Of a stretch of 64,000 nt of DNA, positions 56,920 to 64,000 are shown piece after piece. The notes under the pieces were generated by a model. The model ran no database searches and was not told the DNA's origin. It saw nothing but the letters and a program-made list of their open reading frames with translations. The stretch's first letter is position 1; every line of letters starts with the position of its first letter. A program made the position numbers and the translations under genes. Origin of the DNA: Chrysomallon squamiferum (taxonomy: Eukaryota; Animalia; Mollusca); NCBI GenBank assembly GCA_012295275.1, contig CM022673.1, positions 4,774,001 to 4,838,000 on the forward strand, in the 5' to 3' direction.

Positions 56920-58128
56920 ATGAATTCTTCAGACATCACTGTCACCAACAGGTCATCAGTGATGTACATTTTGCCATCACTGGAGGAGAGAGCCCAAGTC
57001 ATCTTGGGCCAGCCTGTTACAGCCATCAGTCTTGTGTTATGTTTCTTGTCACTGGCTGCCAATCTGTTCTCGGTGGCCTCCACTCTGATGGGACCCAGCA
57101 AGATGGTCACTCATATCAAACTCGTTTTCAGTCTTGGATTATCAGATATTCTTCTAAGCATCAGTGTTGTTAGTCATACTCTGAACAAAGTGTTTTATCC
57201 CGTGCCTTTCCTGGCAGCAGAAAGGGAATCCTATCACTGCATGGCGATTTTTTTGTTTGCTCTCAACACAATGGCTACCACGATTTCTTTGCTGAACCTT
57301 CTGGCCATGGCTCTGGATCATTACGCAGCAATCATGAAACCACTACATTATTCACAGTATCTGAGCCGCTCAAATGGAAATATATTAATTGTTACCATCT
57401 GGATTATTTCTCTTTTAGCTGGATTAACAGTGTACATTGGAGATATTTCTAAATACCAGCGGTCTTCTTACAAAGGCTACTGTCCGTTTCTTAGGTCTAA
57501 CATCTACCAAGGTGAATACCTTGTCATTGCTATAGCGTTCATCTGCTTCATCTTCATCACATTCATTTACGCACGGATCTACTTGGAGGTTCACAGGGTC
57601 TACCACAACGGCCCATCAGGCAGAACGGATTACGCAAGGAATCGAAAGGCCTTGCTGACCACTCTAGTTATTATTGGGACCTTCCTGATCTGCTGGCTGC
57701 CCACCTGTCTTCTACAGGTCAGTCTGTCCATCCAGGCACACACTGACCCTCAGTACGTGAGGAAACACTTCACCAAGTTCCTCAGACTGAACCGATACTT
57801 TAACACTCTGCTGCTTGTCAACACGCTGTGTGATCCCATCATCTATGCAATCAGACTCAGGGACGTACAGGTAGGTTATCGGCGAATGTTTCAAAAGTGC
57901 ATTCCGTTTCGGTCCCAGCGAGAAGGCAGCATGCAAAACCGATCAGTGCTGTCTCGCCAGCACACACAGGTTGCTAAGCTTCTGACAGCGGAAGTTACGT
58001 GTTCCGAAGCCAACAACCATTTTGAACTCAAAAGTGATAAGAACTGTGCAAACAATAACCCTAATGGAAATCACATATACTTATCAACAAAAGACAGGAT
58101 TCTGACAGCAGATACTAATTACTTGTGA
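56920..58128 (+). CDS. Class A (rhodopsin-like) 7TM GPCR, melanocortin/MECA-like orphan receptor; uninterrupted ORF nested antisense in an MLH1 intron
   Basis: 402-aa ORF with N-terminal sequons NSS and NRS, seven hydrophobic helices, TM1 AAN, TM2 LGLSD, TM3 Cys...LLAMALDHY, TM4 Trp, ECL2 Cys (YCP), TM6 FLICWLP, TM7 DPIIYAIR, helix 8 and a downstream Cys. An upstream acceptor-like site (ttttttttaaag) ends at 56871. Confidence 0.95.
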   Translation: MNSSDITVTNRSSVMYILPSLEERAQVILGQPVTAISLVLCFLSLAANLFSVASTLMGPSKMVTHIKLVFSLGLSDILLSISVVSHTLNKVFYPVPFLAAERESYHCMAIFLFALNTMATTISLLNLLAMALDHYAAIMKPLHYSQYLSRSNGNILIVTIWIISLLAGLTVYIGDISKYQRSSYKGYCPFLRSNIYQGEYLVIAIAFICFIFITFIYARIYLEVHRVYHNGPSGRTDYARNRKALLTTLVIIGTFLICWLPTCLLQVSLSIQAHTDPQYVRKHFTKFLRLNRYFNTLLLVNTLCDPIIYAIRLRDVQVGYRRMFQKCIPFRSQREGSMQNRSVLSRQHTQVAKLLTAEVTCSEANNHFELKSDKNCANNNPNGNHIYLSTKDRILTADTNYL

Positions 58129-58562
58129 CATAAACAATGGATATGCACTTATTACTACAGACATGGCTTTCTTTGTGCTTTCTGTGTAAATGGATATTTG
58201 TTTATGTATGCATGTGTGTGTGTTTGTGTGGACGTGCAAATGTACAACATACGTGACAATAATAATAATAATAAAAAAAGAAAATTGACAGTATACATTG
58301 AGTACTGATTTATTTTTTCTGCCTCAATGTGTGGTATGTATGTTTACTAAAGTCTGTATATATTAACCATTTTAATTTTTTTTTTATTGGTTTCTAAATT
58401 ATTTTTTTTTTAAACTTCTAATCTTTTAGCACATCATACTGCACATTTTAGGACTATGAAATTAAATTCTGCACTATCAATGCTTTTTCTCATTTATGCT
58501 TAATCAGTGAAAGTGTTTTCACTTGTATACAATACTCTGAAGTAAGGTTAGTCTATGGTGAC

Positions 58563-58568
58563 AATAAA
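58563..58568 (+). promoter_or_regulatory. Candidate polyadenylation signal for the GPCR (alternatives at 58270 and 58652)
   Basis: AATAAA downstream of the GPCR stop. The hexamer is common in AT-rich DNA, so support is weak. Confidence 0.25.
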
Positions 58569-58711
58569 ACTGGACTTTTAAGCCATACTTTTCTAATAGT
58601 TAGACCTGATAAAATACTATTTTTTCCTATTGTGACATCATTTTTACAAAAAATAAATTTAGACTTTTTGACAATTTTTATATTTGTTTAAAACAGAGGA
58701 ACATAATTTAC

Positions 58712-58800
58712 CTTGCTACAGATGGACCAAACACTGTCCTTATATTATCAACATGGGTGGAGTTGGGTGGTGTTCGAACATCTGCCATACTTTCACCTTG
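58712..58800 (-). CDS. MLH1: MLH1 exon (human exon 8 equivalent)
   Basis: tttcag|CAAGGT...GCAAG|gtaaat; 89 nt; [29 protein letters not shown](R), compare human [30 protein letters not shown] (recalled). Confidence 0.96.
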
Positions 58801-58870
58801 CTGAAACAGAAAATTAACACAAGTTTAATATACTTATTTTTATTTTTATTAACTTTTCAAAACAAAAATG

Positions 58871-58903
<33 letters not shown>

Positions 58904-59116
58904 ATTAATAAACAAAAATTAGCATGTTTATGCATTATATAAAAATATTTGTGAATCTGAATTTTAAAATATTTTTTATTACTGTAAAAAGAAAACATTT
59001 TAATAAAATGCTTAACTAATATATTGGTCTTTTGTGGTAAATTTTTAATGTTTTTTTCTATGATCAGAAATTACAAAGAATAAATCTATATTCTATTTCA
59101 GGGATTCTGTTTAGAT

Positions 59117-59344
59117 CAGTGCTTCTTACCTTTATTTTTTTTTTTTTTTTTTTTTAGTGTCCCATTTCATAAAAATCCTTTTGGTTGGGGTCCCTTGGTT
59201 AAATTGTATGTTTTGAAAGAAATATGATGAACTATATAGCCGTGTTATAACCATTTATATATTATAAACATACAAGTTTTACCACAGTCCTGTGTTTTTA
59301 TTGAGTTACAAGCAGCTGTTAAAAAATAAGGTTGAGGATAACTG
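59117..59344. mobile_element. hAT (Charlie/MER5-type) MITE remnant
   Basis: Ends CAGTGCTTCTTACCTT and AAGGTTGAGGATAACTG resemble CAGTGGTTCTCAACCTT-type TIRs. The 8-bp flanks gtttagat and atttatat (6/8 match) fit a decayed hAT TSD. Confidence 0.6.
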
Positions 59345-60739
59345 ATTTATATCAACATTTTTAAGATCAAATCGACCCTGATTTCCATATATTTAATTTA
59401 AACAGACCAAGAGCAGGACAACTTAAAATCTTGAACTGCAGTAGTATTTCATAAAGATAATATATGTATTATATAACACATACATATATACATACATATA
59501 TATGTATGTATGTATACATGCATGCATGTATATATTACAAATGTATCTATAATTGTTATAATTATTATTTTCTTTTAATACCAAAAGAATCATTAAAAAA
59601 AAAAAAAAAAAAAAGAGGTATAGTTACTTGTAAGATCAATCTATGTTAATTTAAAAATAATCATTTCCATTTTTTTATTAAATGAAGTCTAGACATTATA
59701 AAGTGTTTTTTTAATCTTTTTTTTTATATTTCTAAATTAATTCTGTAACATAAAGATCTACATTATTCTATAAACAAATAATAAAAAAAAATTACTGGAA
59801 ATAAACTGTAATAATAATAATAATAATTATATCAAAAAGAAGAAAATTAAAGTATAGAACTTTCATTTATTTTTATTATCACTGCAAAATTAACTGCCTT
59901 GCTTTTCATTTCAAAATTCTTATTATGATCTTTGGACCACCTCCAACGTCATAGTAACAGATTAATTACCATTTTCTTTCAACTTTGGTTTATACCTCTT
60001 TTGATGACAATGTCAGTGAGCCACTAATCTCAAGACTGGTAGTTAGCTAGATAGAACCCCAGTACTGACTGTATGAAGCGTTAATTAAGAAAGTGAAAGA
60101 CTATTATACACTTTCTTCAATGGAATTAATGATGACAGAGATTTCTGGGGCAAATATGTTCAGTGATACCTCCATTAAAAAGAATCAGATATAATGGGTT
60201 ACTAAAAGAAATGTACTGGAAAATGCTGGGGATTTTTATTCCAAGAAAAAACCGCAATGAAATTATTCATTTATCTATCGTTTTGTAATAAAATAAAATA
60301 ATAATAAATAAATAGATAAATAAATAAATAAATAAATAAATAATAATAAAAAAAAAACAATAAATTTTAAATTAAAATATCAATAACATCAAACTGTAAT
60401 AACAACAACAACAACAACAATAAAAAAAGAAGAAGAAGAAATATCTATCACCATCAGAAGGATGTTAAAATAATATAACAGTTCTGAAAACGTGGAAGCC
60501 CACGCTGTGTGTTTATATTGTCTCTCTCTCTCTGGCTAATGACTTCAGGCAATTATTCCAGTACTGGTCACACTGTGATTATATGATGACCAACTGTCAT
60601 CAAGATTGAAGATCAATATTGTCAATTTAAAAAGACTCAAAAGACGGAAGGGATTTAAAATCCATATAAAATAGTTCATTACATTTTACTTATTTGGGAA
60701 CTTTTATTTTTCTGTTGTTCTACAAGAAATCAAATAATC

Positions 60740-62130
60740 AAGTTTAAAAATAACACTATTTGAAATCAGCATCAGATTGTAAGGAAATGCATTGTCTAAG
60801 TTTGGTACAAGAATTGATCAAGTTCTTCCAAGCGTTTTGAAATGATGGTTTTTCTGAATACCAACATGACAAAGCTATTAAGCAGAGAATGGCCAAATTG
60901 GTTCTGGTAAAAATTTATTTCAGTTTAAAAACAACACAAAATTTAAGATGGTATTTGATAACCACATTTAACATGCCAAGGTTAATTGATTATTGACAGA
61001 TATATTAATCAGAAAATTAACAAATAGCTTCTGGTAATAACTTATTTCAAATTAAAAATACCCACAAAATTTAGACAGAAATTAAATACTACCTGTACAT
61101 TTGATGAATGGGAAATCATAAATCAGTTAACCAGAACATGACTAAACAATGATTTTTCTAAAGATCAGTTCAGAGTATGTTGTTTTCAATTAAAAACAAC
61201 TCAATAGTTTAAAAAATTCAAAACACAAACAAGATATAATTACACTTTTATTATTATTGTATATTAATATGTGAAGTTGTCAAATGGTCATTTTTCATTG
61301 TTGATTCAAACAACACTTTAAAAATAACATCACTGATGGAGAGAATTTAATTTCCAAATATATATGTTTGTTTGTTGAATGACAACCTGGCAAAAAAGTG
61401 TGGGTGTGTATAAAATAATAACAATAATTTCAGAAATGATCTAAGAGAGATTATACGACGACCAAATTGTATGGAGAATTATCATTTTCAATTTAAAAAT
61501 AACACAATTATTGACAAAAATTCTAAATCAATATACAATTACTAGAGAGTACCAGTTCTCTAAATTAATCCAAAAGTGGTAAACCAATGATTTTTTTTTT
61601 AATCCTAATTTAGATAATCATTATTTTCAGTTTGAAAAAACAGAACACATAACCAGACAGTAATAAGACTGTTTGACTGAAAAAAGTTTGCTGTCTGATA
61701 TATGACCTAAGGCAATTAATTCAAGTATGGTTAATCAATAAGTTTCTAATAATCAGTTTAGAAAATCAACATTTTCAATTTAAAAATAACAAAACAGATG
61801 TCTGAAAATTTAAAGTGTGCAGACTGTGCAACTTCCTCGATTTGATTCATGATACAAGCCAATTAATCTTAATATGATTAATCAATATTTTTTCTAATAA
61901 TGAGTTCAGGCAACAATTATTTTCAAATTAAAAAAAGAAAAAGATAGCTGCAATTCTAAATCAACATAATTTTCTTGATCTGACAAGTAACAAGAGATGG
62001 TCAAAGATTTTTTTTTTTTTTAAATCATAATTCAGATAATAATTATTTCCATTTTAAGAACAGTATAACAGATGACTTGAAATCTGATTTCTTAAGGCTG
62101 TATAACTTTATCAGTCTGATACGTGACATG
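60740..62130. repeat. Old, highly degenerate tandem array (period about 130-150 bp)
   Basis: Motif ttttca(a/g)tt(t)aaaaa(c/t)aac recurs at about 60918, 61045, 61183, 61485, 61624, 61772, 61920 and 62046, often preceded by gttaa.caat..ttttct. Confidence 0.6.
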
Positions 62131-63450
62131 AGCCAATTACCTCAGAAGTGGGCGAAAATGTGATAACTAGATAATCCACAGCAGCGGGAACTCTGATAAC
62201 CCCTAATAAAGGTTGTTATTTAAGCAAATTGGATCAAATGAAGTTATTTTTGATGGAGCTATCATGTCACATGTTGAAAATCTCAACTGGAAAAGTAGCT
62301 CTGTGACAGAGTACTTCCTACTAATTAACTAAATACAGAATTGACACATTTTATTTATTTATTTTTTTAATTTATTTGTATTATTTTATCCTTCTTTTGT
62401 TTGAATTCAGGTATGTGTGAATACATATATGTTTTTCTGTGTGTATTAACGTGTGCACAGAATTGACAGTTTTCATTTGTATTTTATTTCTTTTCTTAAA
62501 TTTGTATGTGTGTATGTGTATGTGTTGTTTCTTACTCCATATGAGAATGAACATTATTTTAGTTTCAAATGAAAGTGGTTTTATGGAAAACTACAGTAAA
62601 ACTACATTTAACATATAATGAATTTATATAAGAGAAATGAATACATATAAGCAAACTACTCTCTCATATGCTCCATTAATGCTTTGACTGCAAAAATTTG
62701 CTTTCGCTATCAGCAGATTTCTCAGTTTTATCATTTTAAAAACATCAGCATACAAAATAGGTCATTGTGTCAGTGTGTATGTCATCAGCTAATTCAGATT
62801 TCTGAATTTGTCAGTCGTTAGTTGTTTTCTCTTTGCCAACATGTTGGCATCACACAGTTGCCAGTAACAGTTACCAGGTTTCAAAATGTCAGGTACTGTC
62901 TCTCTGCCTTCCTATCTTAAATTGCATAGATGAGTCTTCCTGTTTACACAGTGGATTTGATGAAAACTCTTCTATTAGATTACAATGAAAGTTTAATACG
63001 TTGTCATTTTTTAGGTTGCTCTACCATTATGATGAATTCAGCTAGTCAACACAAAATGTGTGCCATACATATTTACGCAGACACACTGCTTTTGAGACTG
63101 AATCTAAATGAGTGAATTCACTAGATATCAATACACTGACAATAATCTTCTTCATCTAGTTGCATACAGTAATTACAAGAAGCATGGCATCACTGTTTAT
63201 TAAGCTTCAAAGAAGCATGATAATTTCATCTCACGCAGTAGACTAATTATGTGCAAATTGCCGTCACAGATTAAGAAGTGACCGTACTTGCGAAACTGTG
63301 TGTTAATGTTGACAACTTGTTATTTTGTTTTTGGAATTTACATCCAGAATCTGAAGTAGGCAGCATCTGGATTAAACAAGGTTTTGTTTGTAACAGATTA
63401 ATGATAGCTGGACAGGACTTTGAAATGGTGCAGAAATCACTGTATGTGTA

Positions 63451-63481
<31 letters not shown>

Positions 63482-64000
63482 CAAAAATAATTGATTACTT
63501 TTGATATTACTAACCCTGATCTAGACATTAACATTGTAATTAATATCAAATGAACTAATATCTTCACTGTTTTTTTCAATTATATTTTTTTGCTTAATAA
63601 CCCATTTATAAAACCTAATTTTGCATCAGTGGATAAAAGTTCTAAACTCTATTTAAAATATGTGATATATATCAATAGGAAAAAAAATCTGCTTCAATTT
63701 GTTTCCAGTGGCAGCAAAAATATTTTACATGCACCTTTCCACAAACAGAAGAGCACATACTCTAACTTAAGATCAACCATTCTCAAAACAATGGTTAGAA
63801 TGGGAAATTTCAGAAAAATTACCGACTATGTGTTAAGCAGGAGCTCTGTCATGGAGCTGACGACGGGATTTGATCCTGGACTAATCAAGCACCAGGAAAG
63901 TGATTTACTTTCGGGTTACATCTTTTCTCTGAATCAGTCAAAGGTTTCTGTCATTGTTATTAGCTGAGCCTGCCAATTATACTGTGACAAAGCCAAGAGT

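Larger units (their letters stand above)
2371..58800 (-). other. MLH1: MLH1 gene span (partial; equivalents of human exons 8-13; 5' and 3' exons outside window)
   Basis: Seven minus-strand exons splice in one frame to ...[35 protein letters not shown]...[72 protein letters not shown]...[21 protein letters not shown]...VKLTSVQELQKEIEDNVHT, recognisable as MutL homolog MLH1. Introns measure 8696, 18823, 10346, 2677, 11718 and 3404 nt. Confidence 0.97.

Noticed and set aside
56838-57936. Three minus-strand ORFs overlapping the GPCR
   Set aside because: They are antisense shadows of a more GC-rich coding region with no recognisable product.
58801-64000. Search for the MLH1 exon-7 equivalent (YSVHN...KK) and ORF 63590..63967
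   Set aside because: I found no convincing exon by eye, so it is probably outside the window. The ORF has no ATG start or recognisable motif.

Overview
Eukaryotic (animal) genomic DNA that is very AT-rich, looks CpG-depleted and is dense in microsatellites. An invertebrate, possibly a mollusc, is a guess from composition only. Almost the whole window lies inside one minus-strand gene, the mismatch-repair gene MLH1. I traced seven short coding exons by hand (766 nt in total, equivalent to human exons 8-13, with exon 12 split in two); they have canonical GT-AG sites and a consistent frame across introns of 2.7-18.8 kb. The gene continues past both window edges. Nested antisense in the intron between the exon-8 and exon-9 equivalents is an intact 402-aa class A GPCR with an uninterrupted ORF. 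It has a non-canonical DHY (R3.50H) motif and a melanocortin-receptor-like DPxxY motif. Candidate plus-strand upstream exons (a TATA-preceded exon at about 36.1-36.3 kb and an 8-nt microexon or donor at 40.5 kb) suggest the GPCR transcript may interleave with MLH1. The introns also hold an internally deleted Tc1/mariner (rosa/DD41D-like) element, two oppositely oriented copies of a TIR MITE, a hAT-like MITE, a near-perfect 170-bp hairpin, and several mini- and microsatellites. Most ORFs in the supplied track are microsatellite artefacts.
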